Source: the human T2T-CHM13v2.0 reference genome, Homo sapiens. From it: 64,000 nucleotides of DNA. The stretch lies in NCBI RefSeq assembly GCF_009914755.1, contig NC_060926.1, one strand, 5' to 3'. Positions within the stretch are counted from its first letter, which is position 1; each line of letters starts with the position of its first letter. The notes below the pieces were generated by a model, which was not told the DNA's origin, ran no database searches, and saw only the letters and a program-made list of their open reading frames with translations. Positions 15,108 to 27,623 of the stretch are shown piece by piece. The translations under genes and the position numbers were made by a program.

Positions 15108-15200
15108 TTTTTTTTAACTTCTATTTTAGAATCAAGAGGTAATGCGAAGGTTTGTTACATAAGTATAGTGTGTGATGTTGAGGTCTGAAGTAGGGGTACT
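15108..15200 (-). mobile_element. Short L1 (L1PB/L1MA-like) 3' end fragment
   Basis: T-tract followed by aacttctattttagaatcaagagg and ggtttgttacataagtatagtgtgtgatgttgaggt, the antisense L1 3' terminus. Confidence 0.6.
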
Positions 15201-16869
15201 GATTTAATCAAGACATTTAGTTAAAGGCTAAGACTTCTTGAGAGAATGAAAGGAACCAAGATCTTGATTTCTGAGGTTGAAAAGCAGATAGTGAGCATGC
15301 TGCAATGGATTTATCCTGTGTAACTCATAAGTCCTTGTAAAGGAACCATCATACCTGGCCAAGTGGGTAGATGATTAGGGAAATACATCATGATCCAGCT
15401 GTCTTGGTGACTGAAACTGAACGAACTGTGCAACTTGGAGTTGAAGCAGTTTTAGTCTAGGACACTTCTGACTGTGTGTATCATGGGAAGAGAAAATGCT
15501 TTCTCCCTCACCTTGAGGAGACTTAATGACTTGGATTATTTAGGGCTTGTGCACTCCATCTGTCAGCAGGAACAGGTGGCTCAGGAACTCCAGTGGCATA
15601 AGTGGTAGGAAGATAAACTCAGAACTAGATACTCACGGTGAGACAGATTTGTATGTATTTTTACTGTATTATTATTATTGGTGTTATTTCCACTGGGCTT
15701 CAGGCTCCACCATTAGCTGAGATTGCAGCAGCCTCATGCTGGCCATGCAGCAACACCACAGTCCGTACGAGGTGTGTCGCCTGGATGCCAGCTCTCCAGG
15801 CCAGAGAATCTAGAAAGCAGGTAACACTCTTGGGGTCAGATGTTGGCCTCCCTGAGACCCATGAAAATATTGGGGTGAGGAACTCTCTGAAAAATTTGAG
15901 AATTTGGCTAGAAAATGGGTAGTGTCTTAGAAAAAAAAATTTTTGGTGGTATTAAGAGCAGAATGGACGAGAAACAAGTTGAAAAGTGAAATACTAGTTT
16001 GAGAGTTTATGCTACAGGTCAGGCCTTAAAATCGCACAGTAACCCTATAGGTTAGAGGTGTTATAACCATTTTTATAGATTCAAAGACAGAGCGAAATTT
16101 CTATAATTCAGTATTTTCAGGGCTCTCGGGGAGATGAAACTACGACCATGACAAGGATGTCATCTGCTTGCTTTAGGGCTTTATTTGCACTCAGAAGCTA
16201 GAGAAACTTGAGATATACCTGGAGACTTAGTGTAGATTACCTTGCCCTGACTTAATAATGTTAGGACTTACTGTTATTTTGAACCTAGAGGGAATACATT
16301 CCCTGAGAGAATTTACTTGGGTAGCAAAAATGATCCTGAGCAGTAACAATATTTTCTCTGTCAGAAGAGAGTTTGGTGAACACCAGATTTTTTATTAGCT
16401 TATTGATTGTTTGTGGAAGACATTGTAGTCAGAAATTAACAGTTCTGCATATTTATATATGAAAGACACCTGCTACAGGCGGACGATCATCCTGGCATGG
16501 CTGGAGCCCTCGGTCAGCATAAATAGGTGGCTTAAAAGTGCATTGAAACCACATAATTTAGGGTTGCTTGAAATCTGACCCCTGAGAAATCCCACTCAGA
16601 GGGTGCTTGAAACTTATCAGAACAAGTGTTCTCGCATGTGTTGGTGAACATGCAGAGGGTCACAACCCAGGACTTGTAGGAAGTGGGGGATGACTACCCT
16701 TTATTTTTTGTTTACTATCTGCATACACCAGGGTCTGGGTGAAGCATCTTCCATGTGCTAAATTTGCCCTGATTCTACCTCTTTAGGCTAGCTGGACTCA
16801 CCTGTGCACCAGGCTCTTACCAGCAGATAAAGAGGAGACATGGTGAGAAGCTGTTCTCTACCAACAGGC

Positions 16870-17010
16870 TGTTCTCCCTCTTTCTCTCTCTATTTCATTT
16901 TCCCTTCTCTCCTCTCCTTCTCTCCCTCTCCCTGTTTCTGTTCTCTGCTTCTGTCTTTTACTTCCTCTCTCTCTCTCTGTGTCTCCCTCCCCTAATCTAT
17001 CCTCTCGGTT
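16870..17010. repeat. CT-rich low-complexity polypyrimidine tract
   Basis: About 140 bp that is almost entirely C/T. Confidence 0.8.
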
Positions 17011-18638
17011 TGTATCTCCGTTTAGTGCTTTACTCCTAGTTTTGATGTTCCCTTCTGGGCTCTCTTCTGTCCCTCATATGATTTAGTTATTTGGTCTTCT
17101 CAGTGTGATACTAAGATTTGCCCAAATCCAGAGCATTATCTCTTCTTGCTGTCTCATCTCACAGATGCTCCAAGACAACAATCTGTCCTGAGGTTGATTC
17201 TGGGGTCCCAGCCATGACTTGAACTGAGGGCTCATACAGACTTATGATACACCATGAGGGGTTAAAATTCATGTCACCAAGTGCAATGTCAAAAGTTCCC
17301 TGGAAGGTACAGTTGGTTCGCTATTTCAGGATTGCTGCTGTTGGAGTTGGTGGGGGGAGTAGATAGTTTTCTTTCCTCATAAGTGAAAATGAGTAATTTG
17401 TGGAAGCACGGGAGCCTTAGCAGTCAGAATATCCCACACGCCATTCCCATCCCACCTTGGAAATCCACTCAAGGAGACTCACGCACAGACTGGATGCTCT
17501 GGTTACCAGGACACTGTGTGAATTGTATCTCTGCCCTCATATGACAGAAGAGGCTGAGTCCCGAGGTGGGGTCAGTGGTAGAACTATTGGTGGTCACCTG
17601 AGGACTGACTGCTCTGTGGCCTGTTACTATAACCCTGTGAGCCTTCTTGCTTCTGGCCTTTGAGATGTTACAGAATGGGAAAAAGCCTACTAAATTTCTG
17701 GGCTCATTATGATGATTTTCAACGTCTTAACTGGAAATAGGCCTTACTAATAAAGGTGTCCTCAAAAATAATATTAGTTAATTACTATTCAATTTATAAA
17801 ATAGATTTTTTTTTTCACACCTACCAAGTACCAAGTATGAGGTTTGGGCTATGTAGTGTTCTTAAAATTTTTACATTGTCAGGAAAGAAAACAGAGAGTA
17901 AATAAATATGAAAATTAATGACAAAAGTTGAGGATAAACAGTGCTCAGTGCTTTGAAGTATACCCCAGAGTGCTATGATAGGGAGTTCCAAGGGTTGATA
18001 CTCTACTGGGGAAGAATAGAGTAGCTCGTTCTTAAAATGTGAAAATGAAGCCAAGCCTGAGGACAATGATTGAGCTCAAATCATGCTAACCTGAGATATT
18101 CACCCTCCCGATGCTGTACAAGCCCCACAGAGCACAATCAACCATGGTGTAGGACCCAACTCCTTGATGTAAGCTTAATTCACTCCGGCCAGCTGCATTT
18201 GGTAAACAAGTCTTAATGTCCTAATTCTCACATGGAGACTGTAAATGGCTCTGCTACCTGTCTCATAATTGTTGTAGTGAGCAAATATGATACTGTTTAT
18301 CAAATCCATTGACATATTTAATGAGGTATGCCAGTGTTGATTATTACAGGGGATAGGAAGAATATATTTGAGTATCAACTGTGCACAAAGGATCTATATC
18401 CTACAAGGTTTCATACAGGTTCATGTTCATGTTCAGTAATCCTAGACCCACCGTGCAGGTCTGGTGTTATTTCCATTTGAAACATAAGCCAAAAGCTCAC
18501 ACCAGGAAGAAAACTAGGAAATCTGACTCAAACTTCGAGTTAATTTTTATATTCTCTGTTTGAATGCCGCTAATTCACAGATTACATGAAAACTATCAGC
18601 AATAGCAGCTTCTAGAGTATAGCCCTACATTTGTCTCT

Positions 18639-18965
18639 CTCTCTTTTTTTTTTTTTTGTTTTTTGAGATGGAGTTTCGCTCTGTCCCCCAGGCTGGAGTG
18701 CAAAGGTGTGATCTCCATCCACTGCAAACTCCGCCTCCCAAATCAAGTGATTCCCGTGCCTCAGCCTCCACAATAGTTGAGACTACCGACGTGTGTCACC
18801 ACGCCCGGCTAGTTTTTTGTATTTTTCGTAGAGGCAGGGTTTCACCCTGTTAGCCAGGATGATCTCCTGGCTCGAGGTCTCGATCTCCTGACCTCATGAT
18901 CCGCCTGCCTCAGCCTCCCAAAGTGCCGGGATTACAGGCGTGAGCCACCGCCACTGCACCCGGCT
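18639..18965 (-). mobile_element. Alu (AluSc-like) with internal micro-duplications
   Basis: Antisense Alu with Sc/Y-type ttagccaggat...tctcgatctcctgacctc. TSD catttgtctct at 18628-18638 and 18966-18976. Confidence 0.93.
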
Positions 18966-20899
18966 CATTTGTCTCTTTTTTAATGTCTGGGGAGGACAGG
19001 GGTACTCAGTCTGGGACACTTGCAGAGTAACAGTTGCAGGTTGCGTATCCTCTTAGCATTCTAGGAACAAGATGCTGCTGAGCTCTAAAGCTGAGGTAAG
19101 CCTCCAGCATCTGTAAATAACAGTCTCTGAAAAATTTCTATTGACATTTTTATTTTGCTCTCCACACTTTTTAGATTTTTTAACTAGAATTATGAAAATT
19201 TTCAAATCATGTGAATATGATTAGACACAGTTAAGCACTCATACTTAAACCAGAAATGAAGAGTATGGTAGGATCTCAGGCCCATCCTCTTTTCACTCAT
19301 GTTTGTAAGAACCCCAAACTCTATGGCCCAAAGACGCTTGTTCTCTTTCTGTCTGGTAGTGATGTTTCCCGTGCTCTAGCTGCATGTGGTCTGGTCTGCA
19401 ACGGGGCATAGGTGTTGACTTCAAGGATTTGCCTGGGTCTTAGTTTTGCTGCAGCATTTGCTGTCAGCACTGTCCCTAAGCCCTGGGAGTATTGGCGGAT
19501 GTTTGCATAAGCCTTGCTCTGCATCCTGCCTGCTGAGTCTGTGTTGAAGCATAGCTCTATCTCTGGCATTTTCTCTGCAATATCAGATTTTGTGTGATCT
19601 GGAGCAGGAGGAGGGACATTTAAAATATTCCTTTTGGAGAGAAGCATCACCTTAGACTGTGTGTTTAGCATCTGAACATGCGGACCCCAGAATACTTCCT
19701 GTGTTGCATCGTTAAATATCAACTGAGCAGGAGCAGCTCAAGAGTAGTTCGAGGGGCATTATTGTTTATCACTTCATGTCTGGTGTCATCTGGGCTGCAT
19801 TAGCAGCAGTTGGAACACCCCCAAATAATGACTCCATCCTGTGGGTCTCTGGCTACCTTGAGGCCGGATGTGACTGCATTATTTGTCTTACATGGTGCAG
19901 ATGCAAACAAGGCAGCTGTGATCTGTAAAATTTCAGATGATGGATATTTGCCCTGCCTGGGTGCACGAGTTACAAGTGAAGAATAATTAGAGTGATAGCT
20001 CCATAGCTACACGCTGAATGTAAATAGGGTGACCACAGCCTTGAGTGTGAAGTTTGGGCCTTACTCTTACAGATCACAGCCAAGGATGCTAGGGGACAGG
20101 TGGGCCTTCAGTATGCCTGGGAGACACCTCAGTCACAAAAAGCACTTCTCCCTCAATCTCATAGTTCAAGTGAGGAGAAGAAATGACTGTTCCGCTTGCC
20201 CTCTATCCACACTAGCAAAAACCACCAAACCAGTCAAAACTCCCCCTGAAACTGTCTGGTGTCTGCTCAATGGTCGAGCACTTTCCTTTACACCTCACTA
20301 ATCTCAAACTTACTCTTTCCCCCTGCATGAAAAATTTAGCTACTACCAGCAGGAAATATGATGAGCCCTCACAGGGAACATGCAGCTTTGTCTCAAAATG
20401 AAAAGTCAATTTACTCTCAGCTTTTTCTGTTTGTGGCAGAAAGGGCTCTGGTTCATTTGCTGCTCAGATACAGACCTCTGAACTACTGTAAGATCCTTGC
20501 ATACAGACAAGGGACTGAATTGATTCCTATATCATTATTTTCATCAAATATAAATAATAAGTCCTGCTAATTAAAATATCCTCCTTCCAGACCCAGCACA
20601 CTCTCATTTCACCAGAAAAGGCAAACATCTGAAAGATTTTTAAATGACTTTATCCTTTGAATCTCTAGCCACAGAGAGGAAATGGAAAATAAATATATCA
20701 TGCTTACTGCTTCAGAGTATGGTTAGCTTGTCTAGAGCTGCGTTTAATTATATTGTCAGCTGTACCTCTGTGTCACTCTTGAGTCTGCAAGCACATTTCC
20801 AAAGAGATATATGCTATATATATATTTTTTCCAATTTCAGAATTCAGCTCTTCCTTTTTCTCTTTCATCTTGATTAGAAAGGTTATATGAATTGGGGAT

Positions 20900-21130
20900 A
20901 AAGCATTAATTGTGAAATTGTCAAACTTTGGTTCAAATCTCAGCTCCCAAATTTACCATGGGAAGATGAAATTGTATCTTCTTATCCTCTATATAGTTTC
21001 GTCTACTATAATATATATATTACTCTAAATATAGTATTAGTATTAGTGTGTGTGTATATATACATATAGATGTATACTTTCTTAAGTGTTCTGAAAACTA
21101 TCAAATGAGATAAAATATTGAAGAGCCAAC
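20900..21130 (+). mobile_element. MIR interrupted by TA/TG-rich simple repeat
   Basis: ggttcaaatctcagctcc and aaatgagataaaatattgaagagcc flank a (TA)/(TG)-rich stretch at about 21005-21075. Confidence 0.5.
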
Positions 21131-21889
21131 TGCAAGTAAGTGATAGTATATATTTATTCGTTCCATTTTCCTTTTCTTCCAAGGCACCTCCTAGTGGAGG
21201 TGCCATCTGAAGCTGGATCTCAATTTTGTTTTGAAATGCCCATATTTTGCTATTTAAAAAAAATTCAACCCTCCACATTCCTTCTTACTTCTCAATCTTT
21301 ACTCTCTGTACAGTTCTGAAGATTACCCAGTCTTCCAGCTTCCAGGCACTCCCTATCCTTTGCAGAATCTGTACCCCCACCAAACCAGCCTTTCTAAAGC
21401 AGCACATTTTACACTTACCTCCACCTTCAAATTGGTTATGGCTGAATTGCCTACATAGGCAATTTTGAAGGTTGCCATTCATTTGCACTTGCATTCATTG
21501 ATCCTATAAAGAACTGGACATTGAGCATCATCATAAGACCACACGTTTAATGGGGAAACAGAATGAAAGCAACTGCGAATAGTGTGAGGAATTCTAGACT
21601 AACAAGGCTGTAGTCTCTTCCCAACGGGATATCCTCAGCTTTAGAAATTAGGTTTGCTTTACTTGACTTCTGTGTATTTTTTCTCAATGGTGAGAACTTT
21701 GGATTAATATTTGAGGATCATGCTGAGATGATGACAAGCAGCTAGATATGGCACTGTCCAAGTATCTGTTGTCTTGGTATAATGTGAATGGATACTCAAA
21801 GGTAGACGTTTTGCCTCTTTTATCTCTGAATTCTCAGATGGCACTGAACATGGTCTGATTTTTCCAGTAAATGGATGAGTGATGAATAG

Positions 21890-22110
21890 AATGAGCACTA
21901 GCTTTAGAGACAGACATTGAATGAAACCTCATCTTTGTCAAGTACCAATTGTAGCAATTGTAAATGAGACTTCGTTTCTCTTAAAAATCAGTTTTCTTAG
22001 GTGTAAAGTGAAGCTGATAAAAACTACATCAAGGATTGTTGTATTAATTAAAATAAGTTAGGTGCATAACTTAGAGCTTAGTACACAAAAGGTGCTCAAA
22101 ATTTGTCAGT
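21890..22110 (+). mobile_element. MIR SINE
   Basis: gagcactagctttagagacagac, cagttttcttaggtgtaaagtg, aaggattgttgtattaattaaa, ggtgctcaaa. Confidence 0.65.
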
Positions 22111-22706
22111 TCGGTTCACTTTTCTTTCCCCTTCCCTTATGAAAATCTACTGAGGTAACACAGACAAGACAGTTCTTACAATGCCTACAACCTCTGTGCA
22201 CTGTGGTAGGCTAAGCTGCTACTGTAGAGCCATGCTTCTGGGTGGCAGTAGTGAGGGTAAATCAATACTTATCAAGGATCCCCCGACTCATGTCTCTGAG
22301 AGCCTTGCATACCTGAGACCTCACTACTTAGGAACCCTGAATCAGCAGGCACATAAGTATAATTTGTCATTTAAATAGCATCTAGCCCTTTGATATTGGG
22401 TAAAAACTGCGTAAACATCCATGAGTGCTGCCCTTGCTTTCTGCATGAACTCTTCACTTTCCTTTTACTCCTTCTTTTAGAATGTTAGATGAGGATATTT
22501 CTTGAACCAAGTACATAGATCTTTTTGCACATTTGTTCCGATTTTACTGAAAAGGAACTTTGCCTCAGGCTTTCCAAATAGTTGAAATTCTCAAGAACTT
22601 TAAATTCCTTTCTGCACAGACAAAAGGAAGTGACTTATTTCCCACGCTGTGAAACCGTGCTATATATTTACGGATTTTTGACAAGTACTTTCAAGTCACA
22701 GGGCAG

Positions 22707-22740
<34 letters not shown>

Positions 22741-22827
22741 CACACACATCTTTATCTCTATATCTCTCTATCTCTAACTCTATCTCTATCTCTATTTCTA
22801 TCTCTATCTTCTCTATCTCTATCTCTA
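22707..22827. repeat. Compound microsatellite, (CA)~21 then imperfect (TCTCTA)n
   Basis: CA run at 22707-22748 (one interruption) directly joined to a hexamer repeat ending at 22827. Confidence 0.93.
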
Positions 22828-23325
22828 CTGGAGTTCCATGAAAGGATAAGAGACTTTGAATGTCCGGGCCACTGGAGGAAGTAATCTAACCTTTCCACAA
22901 TATCTGCATTAATAGAAAGGCACTTAGAAATTCTTTACTGAATGACTTTCTTACAATTAAAAGCATATGTTTAAACTATAGAACCAGGAAATACATATTT
23001 TTATACGTTATGTTTTTCTTTATGGTTCCTCCCTGAGAGATTCAAATATTAAAGCCATAAATTCTCAAATAGAGACAGAATGCTAGCTGTGGCTGGAAGC
23101 AAAGGGACGACCACATGGCTGGAATCTGGGCTTGTCTGACGCCTGGACCATCACATTGTTCAGCCTGGTCTGTTTGATGTATGCTTGAAAGAAAAATTGG
23201 GCAAAACCAGAAGCTACAAAATAGAATTTGTGGACTGTATCCACCCCAGTGTTCTTTACGGGTGTCTCAGAGAAAATATACGTTGAAAATTTCTTTTAGT
23301 ATTTTAAAAAGGTTTTTTTCCTCTG

Positions 23326-23615
23326 TTTTTTTAAGTTGATATATAATATTATATGCATTTATCACAAACAACATGATTTTCTATGGAATACATATATTGT
23401 GGAATGGTTAAACCTAGCTAATTAACACATGCATTACCTCACATGGCCATCACCTTTGTGGTGAGACTGATTAACATTCGCTCTCTCAGCATTTTCAAGA
23501 ATACAATATGTAGTCATAAGCTCTAGTTACCATGCTGTACAACAGATCTCTTGAACTTAGTCCTCCTACTTGACTGTAATTTGGTGTCCTTTGACCAAGG
23601 TCTCCCCAGCCCACC
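23326..23615 (-). mobile_element. L1MA 3' end fragment
   Basis: ttgtggaatggttaaacctagctaattaacacatgcattacctcaca, ctctctcagcattttcaagaatacaata, catgctgtacaacagatctcttgaactt. Confidence 0.8.
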
Positions 23616-25289
23616 CAATACATTTGTTCTTTTATGTATTCACTCTGTTCACAAGTTCTGAGCTCCTACTATGTGGCAGGTACTACTGAGCTGCAGGAGC
23701 TGTAATAATGATACAAAGAAGGAAAAAAAGATTTCCCTTAAGAATCTGAGGAGAGGCTGAAAGGTGTGTCTCCTGCTTTCACTCATTCTGTCTTTAGTCA
23801 CAACAGGGATTCAGCTATGAGTTGAAAGCTGAGACACAAGCTGGAAGATGACATATAATAAAAAAGAGCCTCCTCATCTCCCCCACCATAAAAAAAGCAC
23901 AGATTACTAAAAGAGCAAAGGTATAAATATAATGATTCATTCAATATGGAAAGAAATAAAGGCTCTAAGAGACTTTTGCATAAGAGGAAATGTGAACTTG
24001 GAGCAGAGAGAGAGATCCCCCACATCAGCTGAGGACTTAGAAGCCTCTGCCTAGCCTCTGCTCATTGCTGAGCCAACCCCAAAAGGCTGAAGCCCCATGC
24101 CTCCACTGGGTGGGGTCTGGGGCTATGTATGCCATGATTCTGTGTCTTAGCACCATGGTGAGCTCAAAATACCTGCCTAACTTCTGAGTAAGAACCTTTC
24201 ACCTCACAATCTAACAAACTGTAGGTATGCTTGGTGTAAATCCACACTGGGATTAGAGTCTGGTCCTGAACTCTAGTCTGCTTGACTGAAGCCAAGAAAC
24301 TCTGATCCTTTGGTCCCATTACCTACTCCTAAATAGCCTGTATTGCACAGATTTTGTTTTTATTTGTCCAGAACTCATAACCTCCCTTACTTGGGGAAAC
24401 TCTTTTTTTTCCCTTCAAAATCACAGGATTCTTAGTAATGAGCCATATTCCTCTATAACCAAATATTGAGCTTAACATGAACCCAGAATTGGGCTTGCCA
24501 CTGACTTGGGCCAAGTGAAATTTATAGGCATAATTTTTTCAATTTGCTTATAGAGGAGAAGGAAACTTGACTCCAGAATTAGAGAATAAGAGAATGTTCA
24601 CAGGTATATTTCCTGACACATGAAGAAAGCCTTTTTTAGTGCAGTGGAAAAGAATAATCAACGAAAAACAAATATAAGAGACAAAAAAGAGAAAGTCCAA
24701 TTGATCCAGTCATACCCAAGATAATCACCAATTCTTGACATGTTGGCTTTTCTGCTATAAGCCTTCCCTTTTATTTATTGTTTATGCTTATCTGAGCTCA
24801 TTCTTTATCACTTGAATCTGAAACATCTCTGACTACTGTAGAGATGAACTCGGTTCCCCAAATCTGAATCATATTGAATTTCCGTTGTTGATAGAATTTG
24901 GATAGACCACACTACTGGTTTGCTCACTTTAGGTATTGCTCATTTTTATAAAACTCTTCTGCTTATACCTCATTGGTTAGAACATAATCACATGACCAAA
25001 TCTAACTGCAAAGGAAGCTGGGAAACATAGTCTTTATTACATACTTGGCTAATCACTGGGGGTCTCTTATCTAGAAATAGAGAACATATTGAAGTAAATG
25101 ACTACAGGTTTGACACACTCAAAGACTGATTGCAAATTTCCATTTATTTCCCCTTAAAAAACTACTAATGATTTTAAAAACTTCATAGAAACATTAAAGA
25201 AAGATCAGATAAAGCTCCAGATGTACAAACAAAACAAAGGATATGGTATCAGGCCCATGTTATGATGATTTCATTATTGCAAGATTTAT

Positions 25290-25890
25290 CGAACATTCAA
25301 AGATCAATTAAGCCAGTACATTGACATATTAAGAGAAAATTATTATGGTGATCTCAATGAAGGTAGAAAAAGAATTTGACAAAGTTCAATGGTAACTAAC
25401 GGAAAAATAAACTCTTGGCAAAACAAGAGTAAATAGGAGGAAATCACTCTAACTTAATAAAGCTTGGCAAAAAAGGTCTTGCCATCAACATGCTTTATGT
25501 TAAAGAATTGAAAGTTCATAATTTGAGTGCAAAAGCCACAGAATTATTGCACCATATATTTTCTATTCTGCTTTGTACTGGAGGCCAATGGCCCTTGCAG
25601 TAAAACAAGAAAAAGAAAAACAACAGTGACAATAAATGTGTAGGGTTATAAAGGATTAAGCAAAAGTGTCTTTATCCTCAGATGATATAATTGCATATAG
25701 AAAAAAATAAAAATATTCTACAGATAAGTTAGGCATTAGTAGGAGTTTAGCAAGGTTGCTGCTACAAAATTAATATCTAAGCAATTAATATCCAAATTAA
25801 CACACAGTTTGGAAAATAAAGTTTAAAACATTACTATTTACACTGTTGAAGTACATAAAATATCTAGAAGTTAGGCAAAAATGTGTGAGG
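25290..25890 (+). mobile_element. Old L1M ORF2 remnant
   Basis: atggtgatctcaatgaaggtagaaaaagaatttgacaaagttcaa and tttagcaaggttgctgctacaaaattaat are degenerate L1 reverse-transcriptase-region motifs. Confidence 0.6.
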
Positions 25891-26163
25891 AATACTCAAC
25901 TTGTGGCTTGACTTTTCACTCTGTTAATGGGATTTTTTAGTAAACAGAATTATGTACCAAAAGCAATTAATTCTATCTTCTTTTCTGTATGATAAGTGGA
26001 TTTCTAATCTTGTTTACAATAGCCTTCCTTACTCATAGTCATGGAAATAGCTTCAACTATCTGAAAAAATAGAAACTAATTTGATCTTTCTTAATTGAAC
26101 CACCTTTTGAATTATTTTATTTAAAAATTTTAGCAGCAACGTTAATATCTCACTCATATATCC

Positions 26164-26508
26164 TGATATAGTTTGGCTGTGTCCCCACCCAAATCTCATC
26201 TTGAATTTCCACATGTTGTGGGAGGGACCCAGTGGGGGGTAATTGAATCATGCAGCAGGTCTTTCCTGTGCTGTTCTCATGATAGTGAATAGGTCTCATG
26301 AGATCCAATGGTTTTAAAAAGAGGAATTTCCCTGCACAAGCTCTTTTCTCTTGTCTGCTGCCATGTGACACGTGCCTTTTACCTTCCACCATGATTGTGA
26401 GGCCTCCCCAGGCACATGGAACTGTAAGTCCAATAAACCTTTTTTTCTTCTGTAAATTGCCCAGTCTCGGGCATGTCTTTATCAGCAGTGTGAAAATGGA
26501 CTAATGCA
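26164..26508 (+). mobile_element. THE1 (A/B-like) MaLR solo LTR
   Basis: tgatatagtttggctgtgtccccacccaaatctcatcttgaat through atcagcagtgtgaaaatggactaatgca. TSD tatcc/taccc. Confidence 0.93.
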
Positions 26509-27623
26509 TACCCATTCCCTTATAAGCATTTAGTCATCATTCTTTTCCTGCAAACTATTACACACCACTTAGAAACCCACAATAGCTTTTTGCTATTTGT
26601 TCTAACTCTATTTTCTCAATTCTCAAATCCATTCTTTACAAACTTACTCAAAAATAAATTATTATTACCAACCTACATCGTAGCTAATGAAGATGCAGAA
26701 ATAAAAGAAATAAATATTGGAAGGCACTTGCAAAACTTATCATAATTTTTTATGGTATGATTGTAAAACTGAAAAAAGTAAATAATGACATAAGACATAA
26801 AAAAGAGTCTAGTAAGATGTCTAGATAAAAAATATTCAATATGTTAAAATCTAGATCTTTCTTTTACCCAACAAATTATTAGTTGGGAAAAAATAATGGA
26901 AAGAAACAGCAATCCCTATGGCTACAAATCTCAATGGGAACCTGTCCTGGATTCTCTCTGGAACAAGAGGGTTGACTTTACCCGGTGTTCTGCTACACTC
27001 TGCAGAAAGTCCTAGAAGTACCCCTTCCTATGTCAGGGGTCACAGTATCTGTAACGTTCTAGCTTCTACCCCTTAAGACACAAGAGAACCCACATCTGTT
27101 CTAAGGGGCTAAGTAAACACAGGTGTCATCGATGACATCACTCTCCATTCCATCCTAAGATAAAGAATACCATTTTTTCCAAGATGTGTTTCCCAGAACA
27201 TCTTTTACAGACAACAAACTCAGCCTCCAACATAGAAAATATTTTAGATTTTCATCTCCAGAACTGTTTTGCTCCTTAGAATCTCAAACCTTTTGATTCC
27301 TGAGGAGAATATTGACTTTACATTTATACAGTATGAAATCCCATTTGATGTTTGTCATTGATGTTTTTTCTTAATTTCTTCTAACAAAGGAATTAGCTTC
27401 TCAAAAATGGTATTGAAATCTTTCTAGCTTTTATGGTAGAAATGCTTACAATGATTAAATATTGTTTCTTTGCCCCCTAGTTTCTACCCATCAAATTTTC
27501 TAAAATTCATAAATTGTCAATCTAGCCTAGGGACTCTGCACTTCTGCTCTATCCCACACTCCTACAGGTTTCTACCCTCCTCAAGTCTGAAGATCAATTC
27601 AGCCACCTTTATGTGTGTTTCAA

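Noticed and set aside
19321-19722. 133-aa minus-strand ORF in unique sequence
   Set aside because: Non-ATG start, no recognisable domain and no convincing flanking splice sites. The length is within chance for 64 kb.
24146-24166. REST/RE1-like motif cttagcaccatggtgagctca
   Set aside because: The critical GGACAG half reads GGTGAG, so the match is too weak.
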